The notes below the pieces were generated by a model. That model ran no database searches and had not been told where the DNA came from. It saw only the letters and a list, made by a program, of their open reading frames with translations. A stretch of DNA of 64,000 nt from Thermoplasmata archaeon (GTDB lineage Archaea; Thermoplasmatota; Thermoplasmata; GCA-020350865): NCBI GenBank assembly GCA_020348445.1, contig CP070751.1, forward strand, positions 375,772 through 439,771. Reading direction: 5' to 3'. The position numbers and the translations under genes are program-made. Shown in pieces: positions 40,701 through 51,000 of this stretch. The stretch's first letter is position 1, and each line of letters opens with the position of its first letter.

Positions 40701-43174
40701 CCATCCTCACCGTTGTCCTCTACATCGTTTCCGTCAGCGTATATGTATGCAGATTCACCTCTGTATAGTGATGCCTGACCCTCACCAACCCAGATGGTTA
40801 CAGGGGGATTGTTCAGAACATCCACCATATCAAGGACTTCAAACCAGTTGCTGAAAGCAGGATATGTATCATTGAACCTCACACGGAAGTCGTATATTCC
40901 CAAATCAGCACCATTGGGCGGTGAGAACTCAATTTTCCAGGTTCCATTTTCTCCTGGCTCAGTCTCCTCGTAATATTTAGTTCCAAAATAATTACCAGGG
41001 GTCGTTTCATTTATCCAACCACTCAAATTCAATTTATAAGAGAAATGGGGAGTCAACTTTGCATCGTCGGTATCTTTGGCATCCTCACCCTCTGCCTCGA
41101 TAATTATCGTCTTTCCCCTGTATACATTTCCAGTTGGACCAACTTCGGTTCGAAGGGCCTCGACTATTGGTTTCTCATTGAGGGTCAACACTATAAATTG
41201 AGATATCCACATGTTGGCCATCTTAGTTCCATATCTCCCGGCTTCAGATGCTTCCACTATATGGGGGGTATAGAATGTCCTCCCAGAGGCGGTCTGGATG
41301 AATTCAGTTAAATTAAGGAATTTTACCCTGCCGTCGGAATCGGTTATAAAAGGCTGTCCCGTGGGCTGCCGTGCGCCAAAATAATCGGTGACATAAACCT
41401 CGGCACCAGCCACAGGAGTGGTGTCAAATTCCTGGACTTTGATATGACTGTAAAACTGAGCCTCAAATCGTGAATCTGTGAAGGTCTCAATATGAATCGA
41501 GGTATTATCATCCCAAGTAACGTTGACGAATGTAACATAATTTTCAGGGCGAGTAGGAAACGTATCTTCCTCTACCAGGTAGACTTGAAACGGCACTGGA
41601 TCTGATATAGATGATAAATTATATGTGCTGTTGCAATCGATTACATCTACAGAACCGCGACAATAGAGATTCCAGTTATTTTTATCCATCTGGTTATTTT
41701 CTAGGGATACATTACATACTCTTGAGCTGCCCGAGAGATATATTCCTGCCACTACACCATCTGCCAATGTCCGAACGTTTTCGATAAACCAGTTTTCAGC
41801 AGCATATATTTCATAGCTATTCATGATACCCAAACCGCAGTCCTGGAAGGATGGATCCCCATTATAGGGATAACCATCTCCATTGTTCTCAAACCTGTTT
41901 CTTGTTATATTGAAATCATTTCCAACAACATACAATCCCATATCGTCATTATTTTTAAAGGTGTTGTTGAAAATTAATCCACCATAAGGGGCCATTTGCA
42001 CGCCACAACCGATAGCACCATTATTTTCAAAATGGTTGTTTATCACATCGACTTCACCCGCAGTAAAGATGGCACCTATACCCACATTATCATTGACAAA
42101 ATTATTATTAAAAATAAAATCGATACAACCTATGGCAATAAAATAAGTTTGAGTAATGTTCCCCCCGCCCTGACATATGTAATTATTTCTCATCTCAAAG
42201 CCATTTATACTACGGAAATATGTAAAATCTGTAGAGCCGTTGAGCTCGTTACGTAGAACTTTGATATCAACCCCATTTTCGATATATAGACTGTACTCAG
42301 CATTGGCTGTGATATTATTATCCTGAATTGTAATATAGGAGGATTCCCAAACGCCCAATCCACCACTTATATCCTCTATACCATTGTTTACAAGGGTGTT
42401 GTTATGCACATTAATATATGATGAAGAATTGATTTCTATTCCCCAAGAGCAATTGTAGATGGTATTATCTGGTCCTATATTAAGCGTCTGTAATGAAGTT
42501 CTAAAGGTATTATCCACCAAGATCCCAGTTGCGTTGGGACAGTCGTGAATAGTATTATTCTCGATGGTTATGGAGCTATTGAGAGTGGGATCATATATTA
42601 TTATCCCACCTTCACATTGGGTGATTTCATTACTTAGAATTAATGCATCTCCTCCGATCCACAATCCTCCCTCCTCGGGAAGTGATTCATTATAGGCCCA
42701 ACCACAGTTCATCAATGTGCTGTTTCTCATCTCCAAGTAGCCGTTATCATACGTTAGTGAAGTTGCTGGCATTACTTTAATCCCGAAATTTCCAGTCCCA
42801 TTATTTGTAATAACAGAAGGATCGCCATCGACGTCCTCGATTATCAATATACCCCCGCCTAATATACTCACACCACCTTCAACAGTGATGTTATATGCAC
42901 CATCAAAGGGGCAGTTCATAATCAAGGTCACATTTTGAAGTGTTAATGTCCAGGTATCCTTAATAACTAGATTCCCATTTACTATTATCATGGTGTTGGT
43001 CCAAAGTGGTGTCGTAGAACCATCGACAATCCAATCCCCGGAAGTTTCCCAATGGTCAACAACCCAAACTGGATCACCTGTGCCCTTCACATTCTCAATT
43101 GGTACCATATCCAATATAGCTAGCACACTAAAAATCATCAAGGCAGTAAAGCCTATAGATGTTATTTTTTTCAT
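37754..43174 (-). CDS. Large membrane-anchored surface protein: beta-helix, ~7 Ig-like repeats, PKD, TSP3 repeats, TM helix, Pro/Glu-rich tail
   Basis: Signal peptide; WDFGDG...PTHTY..PGSYTVTVTVTD PKD; DxDxDG repeats; LLIPILLLIIIILLIIIIFLLL TM; ends PPPPPPPE. Confidence 0.88.
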   Translation of the reverse strand: MKKITSIGFTALMIFSVLAILDMVPIENVKGTGDPVWVVDHWETSGDWIVDGSTTPLWTNTMIIVNGNLVIKDTWTLTLQNVTLIMNCPFDGAYNITVEGGVSILGGGILIIEDVDGDPSVITNNGTGNFGIKVMPATSLTYDNGYLEMRNSTLMNCGWAYNESLPEEGGLWIGGDALILSNEITQCEGGIIIYDPTLNSSITIENNTIHDCPNATGILVDNTFRTSLQTLNIGPDNTIYNCSWGIEINSSSYINVHNNTLVNNGIEDISGGLGVWESSYITIQDNNITANAEYSLYIENGVDIKVLRNELNGSTDFTYFRSINGFEMRNNYICQGGGNITQTYFIAIGCIDFIFNNNFVNDNVGIGAIFTAGEVDVINNHFENNGAIGCGVQMAPYGGLIFNNTFKNNDDMGLYVVGNDFNITRNRFENNGDGYPYNGDPSFQDCGLGIMNSYEIYAAENWFIENVRTLADGVVAGIYLSGSSRVCNVSLENNQMDKNNWNLYCRGSVDVIDCNSTYNLSSISDPVPFQVYLVEEDTFPTRPENYVTFVNVTWDDNTSIHIETFTDSRFEAQFYSHIKVQEFDTTPVAGAEVYVTDYFGARQPTGQPFITDSDGRVKFLNLTEFIQTASGRTFYTPHIVEASEAGRYGTKMANMWISQFIVLTLNEKPIVEALRTEVGPTGNVYRGKTIIIEAEGEDAKDTDDAKLTPHFSYKLNLSGWINETTPGNYFGTKYYEETEPGENGTWKIEFSPPNGADLGIYDFRVRFNDTYPAFSNWFEVLDMVDVLNNPPVTIWVGEGQASLYRGESAYIYADGNDVEDNGEDGTWEAQCEYRLNDSSQWSGNYITESVWDSTNSHWRFKFEPPAARPDPHHGLVDFRVRFRDPDLDWGDWYQQDNLVDLLNNHPNVIDLKTGEVEVIRGDSIWLFANGTDLEESILNKSGVEFYYNTSSGGTVWEQTYIGTVEESNGIFYASFNPDENAPLGWYKFKVRITDSDGGYDEHIETALVEVQNNAPQLEDIGVSASTVKKGVEFIYIYLNASDYETSENQLTVTVQWQYNESTPQGWSVGYVTTKEYIGTPPSGRWRIKFEPGIDMQLGRYDFRAKVEDADGEESVGPSWIAIARAVEVQVPEPEIQSILFDSQQIYRTQSLYIVLNTIDQLEYEPNMTVEGEFLKPGQTAWTKFKDSNLISIYYADTNSNLYDDTGYWIIEFTPTETEKDGEYAFRVKVKNSAGGYSDGGAWTTAWPGNDNKVDVLNNPPSAIALELEDENIDTVKRGGTILLIANGYDVETHERDLETILEWNDGTGWDTDDSYFDIYYSGGKWKIEFTPPKLKTFTVGNYSFRIKFEDDEEDESDWTTANNLLKVLNVKPEVTDLDVSEEEGYRGEEITITANGQDVDFAPSTESHFTVEFQYRGQTGDWLSNSSILKGLKYINEEWQITFAPITEMGIGDYDFQVRFSDGVDWSDWKVKNNVFELKNKDPEVTILTQGGTQDSFSITFLADGTDYETPPNDLVWLWDFGDGDTSSEPSPTHTYDDPGSYTVTVTVTDDEGDTATDVITITILEDTDGDGEFDEFDTDDDNDGVLDTEDDFPKDPNETKDSDDDGIGDNADTDDDNDGVLDTEDDFPFDPEESKDTDGDSIGDNKDTDDDGDGIPDVIDLDPLDPDVTEKEETEEPDLLIPILLLIIIILLIIIIFLLLTITKMKTIKELPEEEKTELEPEKEIPSEEPPSPEIDEEPSSEISKEPDEPSEPPATTPTPSEEGLPEGPSEDTPEPSETPETPESDQPEEGKKNDLPPPPPPPPE

Positions 43175-43317
43175 ATTGCTTACCCCCTCGCCTAGGGCAT
43201 TCCTTTAAATAGGGTCTGTTTACCCAATTTAATAATGTACATTTTTTCATATATATATATTATTCCTGGTAATTACCATAGATAACCATATTTAAAAAAT
43301 ATTATACGTGAATTTGT

Positions 43318-46300
43318 CTAATATTGCTTCATTCTTGGATCATCGTAGTAAGCCTGCACATGATAAGGCCCTTTTTCTTTTTCCTTTTTATTTCTTGAGG
43401 CCAAAACCACAGCCGCGATAATAACAATCAATACAATTATCACAATCAGTATCAAAAACCAAAGCCACGGATTTTCCTCAACCGAAGATGTATCCAAGGG
43501 TATAGGTCCGGTGTCACCATCCCCATCATCCTTCGCCTTCTCAATAACCACAATGGTTTCAACAGGCTCTGACCAGGCTCCACTATCGTCCATGACCTTG
43601 AAGGTGATGACATGGGTTCCCACATCAAGATCAGAGGTGCTAAAAGACCTTTCCTGGTTGAGTTGTCCATCCATATCAGATTCCCATAAATATTCCACTA
43701 TCCGGCCGTCATCATCTTCACCATGACCAATAAATGTCACGATCTCTCCCTTCTTAGCTTTTGTTGGGGAGACCTCGTCTATAAAGGCTTTTGGTATCAC
43801 ATTTTGTGGCTCGTTTACCGTCAATTCATCCTCAACACCCTCTGACCATTCACCTTTATCGTCCCTTACATAGAAGGTGATTGTATGCTCCCCTATAGAA
43901 AGGGATGCTGTGGAAAAGTAACTTCTGGAGCTTAGTTCACCATCTTTATCAGATTCCCATCTATAACCCAGGATATCCCCGTCATCTGTTCCGTATCCGG
44001 TAAATGTGACGAACTCTCCTGCCAAGGCAGGATTCGGTGATATGGACTCGATGTGGGCCTGGGGGATCTGATTGATATCAAGTGTGTCAGATTCTTCCTC
44101 TGACCAAACGCCATCATCATCCCTGACCTTGAAATAGATTATATGCGATCCAGCTGATAGACTGGATGTGCTGAACGATGCTGAGCTGCTTATAAATCCA
44201 TTGATGCTCGATCGCCAGTTGTATGCTGTGATGTCCCTGTCATCGGATCCCTCTCCTGAGAATGTTATGGTATCTCCCAGGTTAGCTGTTTTAGGTGTTA
44301 TATAATTGATATCAGCCTCAGGAATTTGATTGATACGAAGATAAGTAAAGTTGTAGTCAGACCACACACCTTCATCGTCCCTTACGCAGAAGGATATAAT
44401 ATGTTCTCCCCAGGAAAGTGCCGATAAGTTAAAATCGGGCTGATTGGAAAGCCATCCATCCCTATCTGATCTCCAGTCGTAGCCTGCGATGTTCCCATCG
44501 TCTGTTCCGTGGCCTACAAAGTGAACAGGGCTGCCGTAGGTTGCGGGATTTGGAGATATGGAATCTATTATGGCAATGGGTTTCTGATTGCCCGGAAGCA
44601 CCGTGATGGTGGCCTTTGATTCCAGGCTTTCGAGCATGGTCTCATCCCTGACTTTCAGGGATGCGTTGAAAATACCAGGGGAAGAATACGCATGATATAC
44701 AATGGGGGTCGATACCCAATCAGAATTGGTTCCATCGCCGAAATCGAAGAAGTACTGTAATGCCCCCTCTCCAGTGGACAAAGAGCCATCGAATTCCAGG
44801 ACATCCCCGATTTTGACCGTGTCATCCGAGACTTCAAGAACCGCAATTGGTGGGATACCAATTGTCCCATATATGAAATTGTAACCTCCAAAGGAGCCTA
44901 AGATCTCATTGCCTATTAGCACATCCACATCTGCAACATGAAGTAACTTTATAGTTGCAGTAACCTCGGCCCTCTGCCAGATTTCTTGATAATCCCCAGT
45001 AGTATGTTCATAAACGAAAATTCCCAATTCGCCAAATATCAAAAGCTCGTCTCCTCCCACTGGAATGTTCGCGCTCGCAAAGCACTCGTCTATGAAGGTT
45101 ATATAATCCCCTGTGCTCCATTCCCGTGTGTAAACAGTGGTTTCGTCGCCACTGTTGTTGCCGATTACCTCCAAGAGGCCTGTGAATGCCCCTTTTGTGA
45201 TCATCTCCAGCTTGCCGTCGTTATCCACATCCCTTACATCCAATGCATAATTCTCTGAATCGATTGGGATCGTGTCAGTTTCAATGAATGTGGCTCCGTT
45301 GTATTCGAACAACCTCAGAAGATTTGTCCCAATATCTGAATCGTAATCCTCGCAAATTATCTCTTTATGCCCGTCATCATCCACATCTCCAACTGCCACA
45401 CCCATGATCCAATTGTAAAAGAAACCGCTTTCCCAGACCACAGAATATCCCGGATCATTGAACTGAATCACCCGCATTTGCCCAACAAAAGGGTCATTGT
45501 TTGGCTCGTCAAAACCTGTTCCCGCCAGTACGATCTCTGGGATATCATCCTCGTCTATATCACCCACTTCAATACAAAAGGTACTGCCTGTTTCCACACG
45601 GAGTTGGCTCTCTAAAACATAATCTGGATCAGAGTACCCCACGATATAGAGATCACAAGCATAGTTTCCCCCTCTGAAGATGAAGTTACTTGTCCAGAAC
45701 ATACTTGTATTTCCTTCCACAACAATTATCTCCTCTTCACCATCATCGTCTACATCTGCAACAGCGAGATGGGTGATGGTCTTGGTCGAAACCTTGATTG
45801 AATTCTCAATTACCAAGGTATCGCCAATAAGATTGGTGACAAGGACACTTCCGTTTCCCATTCCCATATAAATCTCGTTCACACCATCTTCATCCAAATC
45901 CGCGGAACTGATACTTTCTACGGCCCCTACATTAACGCTCTGGGACATGATAAAGTAAGTATCACCGTCATATGAATGCACATAGAACTTGTAATTTGTG
46001 CCGCAGAGAACCTCTTCTGTAGCTCCATCCAAATCAATATCTCCGCTTCCCATACCGTATACGAATGAGTCCAGGCCAAGGCTCTTGAAAACTTCCTGGT
46101 ACTGACCTGGGAAGTAATGAAAAACAGAGATATTATTCCAGCTGCCAATTATGATAGAATCGAATTCGGCGTCGTCGATTCTCGCCACTGTAAGTGCGTA
46201 TGTCGCCTCACCATCGCTTACCCATTGGGATATGTACGCAAAACTGAAGTAACTATAGACATGAATCTCTCCAAAGTAGAGGCCGATTACTATCTCCAGA

Positions 46301-47310
46301 TCAGCATCCAAATCGGTATTACCTATATCCATTCCAATTATCCACTCCCCAAAATCATCACTCTGCCATTCCAGGGAACCGGAACCATGGGTGTAGCCAA
46401 AGACATAGAACCTACCTCCGAACTGGCCGCTGGGTCTGGGATTGGGGGGAATGGGATTTACAGGGGGATCATTTTGGAGGATCTCGTTCTCGTACGATGC
46501 AAACACGATCTCTTTAGCCCCGTCATCATCCACATCTCCCACCTCTACATTGAACAATCCTAGGTATCCCAGTGTGGTGGGTAAAGCAAAAGTCCATTCT
46601 TCAATATATGAAGAGCCATCCCAGGAGTAAATGAAGATATTATCATCCAGGATTTCTGTATAACTGGCTCCTGCTATTATCTCTATTGCCCCGTCCTCAT
46701 CAACATCGTCGGTTGTGAGGCCGTACAAATCATTACCAAGATCAGGGCTGGTCCATTCCAGAACGTAAGTTGTTCCATTGTGACCGTAAATATTCATGAA
46801 TCCCTCCTGATCTCCCACGATGATTTCCATTGTTCCATCTAAATCAACATCATCAAGGGAAAGGCCGTAGGCAAAGGTACCAATATCGACCTTCCATTCT
46901 TCAATGTAACCTGTGTCTGATTTGCCGGTGACGTAAACAAGACCCTCGTAGTTGCTGAATACGATTTCCTGCTCTCCGTCGTTATCCACATCCGCGGATT
47001 TTATTGAGTTCATATAACCGATTATGGATCCAAATCCGTCAAACCATTTCAAATCCAAATCGAGCTCTTCCCCTGCTCTGGTTGATCTTGCAGAAGGTTT
47101 AAACTCGGCAGGATTGGCATGCTCAACTATCGGAATGTCTTGATCGGGATCGGGTTGTAAAGATGGATTTTCAAACGTGAAATCATAGGATGCAATCTGT
47201 TGGCTGAAAAGGAACATCCCTGGATATAATGGAGAAAGGACCATCAAGGCTAGGGCAATTGGTAATGCCACATTCTTGATATTATTCAAATTAATATTTT
47301 CTTTGTTCAT
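43318..47310 (-). CDS. Membrane-anchored FG-GAP/VCBS repeat protein with PKD and four PKD-like domains
   Basis: Many DVDxDGxxEII repeats; FDFGDG PKD; four PxAxIxxISP...YxWxSDxDG repeats; C-terminal TM; ATG 47310 after GGTGG (track start 47325). Confidence 0.85.
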   Translation of the reverse strand: MNKENINLNNIKNVALPIALALMVLSPLYPGMFLFSQQIASYDFTFENPSLQPDPDQDIPIVEHANPAEFKPSARSTRAGEELDLDLKWFDGFGSIIGYMNSIKSADVDNDGEQEIVFSNYEGLVYVTGKSDTGYIEEWKVDIGTFAYGLSLDDVDLDGTMEIIVGDQEGFMNIYGHNGTTYVLEWTSPDLGNDLYGLTTDDVDEDGAIEIIAGASYTEILDDNIFIYSWDGSSYIEEWTFALPTTLGYLGLFNVEVGDVDDDGAKEIVFASYENEILQNDPPVNPIPPNPRPSGQFGGRFYVFGYTHGSGSLEWQSDDFGEWIIGMDIGNTDLDADLEIVIGLYFGEIHVYSYFSFAYISQWVSDGEATYALTVARIDDAEFDSIIIGSWNNISVFHYFPGQYQEVFKSLGLDSFVYGMGSGDIDLDGATEEVLCGTNYKFYVHSYDGDTYFIMSQSVNVGAVESISSADLDEDGVNEIYMGMGNGSVLVTNLIGDTLVIENSIKVSTKTITHLAVADVDDDGEEEIIVVEGNTSMFWTSNFIFRGGNYACDLYIVGYSDPDYVLESQLRVETGSTFCIEVGDIDEDDIPEIVLAGTGFDEPNNDPFVGQMRVIQFNDPGYSVVWESGFFYNWIMGVAVGDVDDDGHKEIICEDYDSDIGTNLLRLFEYNGATFIETDTIPIDSENYALDVRDVDNDGKLEMITKGAFTGLLEVIGNNSGDETTVYTREWSTGDYITFIDECFASANIPVGGDELLIFGELGIFVYEHTTGDYQEIWQRAEVTATIKLLHVADVDVLIGNEILGSFGGYNFIYGTIGIPPIAVLEVSDDTVKIGDVLEFDGSLSTGEGALQYFFDFGDGTNSDWVSTPIVYHAYSSPGIFNASLKVRDETMLESLESKATITVLPGNQKPIAIIDSISPNPATYGSPVHFVGHGTDDGNIAGYDWRSDRDGWLSNQPDFNLSALSWGEHIISFCVRDDEGVWSDYNFTYLRINQIPEADINYITPKTANLGDTITFSGEGSDDRDITAYNWRSSINGFISSSASFSTSSLSAGSHIIYFKVRDDDGVWSEEESDTLDINQIPQAHIESISPNPALAGEFVTFTGYGTDDGDILGYRWESDKDGELSSRSYFSTASLSIGEHTITFYVRDDKGEWSEGVEDELTVNEPQNVIPKAFIDEVSPTKAKKGEIVTFIGHGEDDDGRIVEYLWESDMDGQLNQERSFSTSDLDVGTHVITFKVMDDSGAWSEPVETIVVIEKAKDDGDGDTGPIPLDTSSVEENPWLWFLILIVIIVLIVIIAAVVLASRNKKEKEKGPYHVQAYYDDPRMKQY

Positions 47311-47450
47311 TATATCCACCGTCACGAATTTATAAAGAGCAACTTCCTAGGTTTCGCCCTTCAATTAACTTAATGTACTTAATTGTATAAAGGTTTATAG
47401 GAAGTGCAATGTGGCTCTTCGAAAATTATAGAAAAAAAACGGAAAAACTT

Positions 47451-47532
47451 GACCCCCAACTCCCCTCAGGAGGAAAAATTTTCGGGTCAGATAGCCGCGT
47501 TTGTGCGAGGAAGGGTCGGGAAATTGGGGGCC
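47451..47532 (-). other. GC-rich stem-loop, 15-bp stem that pairs continuously only on the minus strand (uses G-U pairs)
   Basis: Minus strand GGCCCCCAAUUUCCC (47532-47518) pairs with GGGGAGUUGGGGGUC (47465-47451). Confidence 0.5.
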
Positions 47533-47729
47533 AGTTAGCGTAATTTATTATGATTTCATATTTTCTATTTCTTTTTTCTATTGGTACCCACGGGATTTGC
47601 AGTGGGAAAGATTCGGGTTTGGATAAGGTCCTGAATGCTCTCAAGTTGATCCTCGATTCTTCCTAGTCGACAGTTCATACAGTTACAGCCCTTAAGTGGT
47701 TCTGAATTGTTTTTCGTCGTAGTCTCACC

Positions 47730-47894
47730 TCATAACGCCTCTATACCAGTTGGCTGTTGTTTTGAGTAGACTCCCATGGTCCTTACCCTGCCCATGAATC
47801 GGGATAGTTTATCCCAGATTATGGTGTCCTCTGGGATGTCCTCTACGATTGGGAGTAGGCCGTTCCATCTGATTATCATTTTACCATCTTTCAT
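47730..47894 (-). CDS. Small hypothetical ORF (54 aa), followed in the same frame after its TGA by 54 more open codons to TAG at 47565
   Basis: MKDGKMIIRWNGLLPIVEDIPEDTIIWDKLSRFMGRVRTMGVYSKQQPTGIEAL*; AAGGTAAGG upstream; below the ORF-track cutoff. Confidence 0.4.
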   Translation of the reverse strand: MKDGKMIIRWNGLLPIVEDIPEDTIIWDKLSRFMGRVRTMGVYSKQQPTGIEAL

Positions 47895-48013
47895 GTTCCT
47901 TACCTTCTACCCGAAACTTTGTCTTTGTTAATATGAAAGGGTAACCATACATTAAAACTTGTTGTAAATAATATGCAAAGATAGGGGAAGATAGGAGCAG
48001 AATGCCCACAAAA

Positions 48014-51000
48014 TCATAGGATTTCTTTGCCTTTTTCTGTCAAAACTAGGTATTTGAATCTACCGCTTTTCCTCTCCATTATCAGGCCTTTGTCCACAAG
48101 TTCCCTTATTCTTTTTCTTGCCGTTGTCCTTGAGATTCTAAACCCGTCACCCACATGCTTGTAAGATGGGCTTTCACCCACCATATTTCGCTTGTTCACG
48201 AACTCCAGAAGATCGAGAAGATCTGCTGATAATCTTTCCTCGAGTTTCTTCTCTAAAACAGAGGATTCTTTTTCGAGGAGGCTCAATTCTTGGGGATTCA
48301 ATGTACCCGGATCAAGGGAGATGATCAAGGTGGCCTTACGATCATAGAATATCTCGTTCAGATGCTGGACAAAATTCAAAGCCTCTTTGAAGCTGTTTTG
48401 GGTAACCAGATAATCGAAGCGATCAAGAAGCACGAAGGTGGTTCTGTCTATGTTATCATCGATTATCTTCTCTAAAAGAGGAAACTCTGGTTTGACGGAG
48501 GCCTTGTCCTTGGGATTCTTTGTCATCCAGAAGATGGGAATATTCAAATCGATTTCCCTTTTTATCTTCTCGGGGTGCTCCCTTGTGATTATGAGCCCCT
48601 TGAAGTGATTCTTGTAAAGCTCGAAAACCACATCTTTTCCCCTTTCAAGCTCCTTTTCCTTTATCAGATAGGTCGAGCCTTTTTTGATCTTGTATTTCAT
48701 CAACTCTTCCCTTGCGATCTCCTCTCTCTTTCTTTCCGAGATATCTGTTATCACAGCCAGAACACCCCTAAAGACCCCGTCCTTCATCTGGGGCGAAGCA
48801 GAGATCAGAACCGGAAGCTCTGTTCTGTTTTTCTTGAGTAAAACGGCCTCGAACCTGTCCTGCTCTCCCCTGAGGTTTTCTGCAAAACAGTCCCTCATAC
48901 GTCTGTGAAAATCAGTAGCCAGTATGTCCTCCCAGTGATTACCTATGAGTTTCGCGCTTTTGTACCCAAGCACCTTTTCCACCTTGGGATTTATGAAGCT
49001 AACTGTACCTTCTTCATCCAGGATCATGATGCCCTCTGCCATGGACTGCACAATGGATTCGTTGAACTCCTTTAGCTCTCTTACCTCCTCCTCGGCCTTC
49101 TTTCTCTGTGTGATGTCATGGGATATGATTTGAACTCCTATGACATTGCCACTGGCATCTCTCATGGGATGGTAATGCGACCTATACCATCCTATTCCAG
49201 TGGGAAGCTCCACAATATCTTCATGTTCTTCACTTCCCAGGGACTCAGCTACCCGACGAATCCTCTTCAGGCTGGTATCTGCAAGATCCCGTTGGAACAT
49301 ATCACTTATGTGCTTTCCTAAAAAGTCGTCGGGTACACCTCCAAGCCCCTCTGCTGCATTGTGATTCATGGCAAGGATAAAACCTTCTGGACTAAAGTAG
49401 GTGATAATATCACCTGATTGGTCGAGCAACATCCTGTATTTTTGTTCACTTTCTCGCAGTGCCTCCTCGGACCGAATTCGTTCAAATGCATTTGTAAATA
49501 TTTCTGAGACCATGTGCAAAATCGATATGATATCGTCAGGCCAGCTTCTTTTTTTTCGAATGGAATCGAAGCCAACAAATCCGTACAAGGAACTCTCAAT
49601 CACGATGGGAACAGCTAAAAGTGATTTGATTTTTGTCTTCTTAAGAAATTTTTTATAGTAACTGGCATCTTTTGGAAGCTCCTCGACATTTGGGACGTCC
49701 ATGGGAAACAGTTTTTTTAACCTATCTATTCCCCATGAGAAGGATTCCACATCCAGGTTCTGCAGCTGATCCTTAAGGGATTTTATACCATCAGCACACC
49801 ACTCGTGGGTATTGCTGAATTTCTTGCCCTCATCATGCAATAGAAAAACAAAACTGCGATCCACATCTGCAAAACTTCCAATTTCTTTTAAGGCCATGTT
49901 AATTCCGTCGTCGATTTCCTCGGTTTTTAAGTATATGAAATGAGTGGAGAAAGTTGTGATAAGCTCCTCGAAGGCCAATCTATACCTTAGATCTTCTGTG
50001 GCCTTCTTGCGGTCTGTAATGTCCCTTGTTGTTGCAATGAAACCCTTTGGTTTTCCAAAGGCATCCTTGATTACAGCTGCACTCAGCTCACCTGTATAGG
50101 TGGTTCCATCCTTTCTTAGCATTGTGTATTCGGCATTTTTTAAAACTCCTTGTTTTATGGTTTTTCGTAGATTTTTAAGTGCTCTGTTTTTGTCCTCTTC
50201 TGCAATGAAATCAAAGGCATTTTTACCAATCACTTCCTTGGCTTTTTTAAAACCAGAGAGTTCAAGTGTTTCGTCTGATACAAAGGTAATCTGTCCTTCC
50301 AAGTCTGTAACTGTTATGGGATCTGGTGATGTTTTGATCAGTGACCTGTACATTTCCTCGCTCTCTTTTAATGCCTCCTCCACTTTCTTTCTCTCAGTAA
50401 TATCGCGAACAATACCCTGGATAACTTTCTTTTCGCCTATCTCAAAAAGGCTTGACGAAACCTCGGCAGGAAAGATATCACCATTTTTCTTCTTAAAATT
50501 GATTTCAAAGTTCACAAATCCTTTCTTTGATATTGTTTTGAAGGCCTTCTCTGATTTTTTTAACTCACTGGGTGGATGTAGTTTTGGTATTTTGAGTTTT
50601 AAAATCTCCTTTCTCGAATATCCAAAAATATCTAAAACCCTCTGGTTGGCATCGACAATGTTGCCTTTTACATCATGTAAAATGATGGCATCGTTGGATT
50701 GATGAAAGAGATTGCTGAATTTTTCCTCACTTTCTTTGAGCTTCTCCTCGGCTATCCTACGTTCAGAAAGGTTCCTTGAAATGCCTAAAAATGCCTTTGG
50801 TTCTCCCTTTTCGTCATAGACCAAGGATGCATTGAACTCAACTGGTATTAAACTTCCATCCTTTTTCACAAAATTGAACTCCACATTATTGACCTTCCCT
50901 TTTTCAATCATCTCACCAACATTTTCCATTATCCGGGGTTGATCCTCCTGAGCCATCAAATCAAAGGCACTCATACCAATAAGTTCCTCAGGACTATCAT

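Noticed and set aside
43234-47385. TGTAC-centred palindromes upstream of secreted genes (AATGTACATT 43234; TAATGTACTTA 47371; weaker near 32103 and 32162)
   Set aside because: Short, AT-rich and inconsistently spaced; not distinguishable from chance without motif statistics
47426-47644. 72-aa minus ORF from the track
   Set aside because: Runs through the GC-rich stem and has no RBS; the neighbouring frame with CxCxxC is better supported
50100-50702. 200-aa + strand ORF
   Set aside because: Antisense to the PAS domains of 48014-51961
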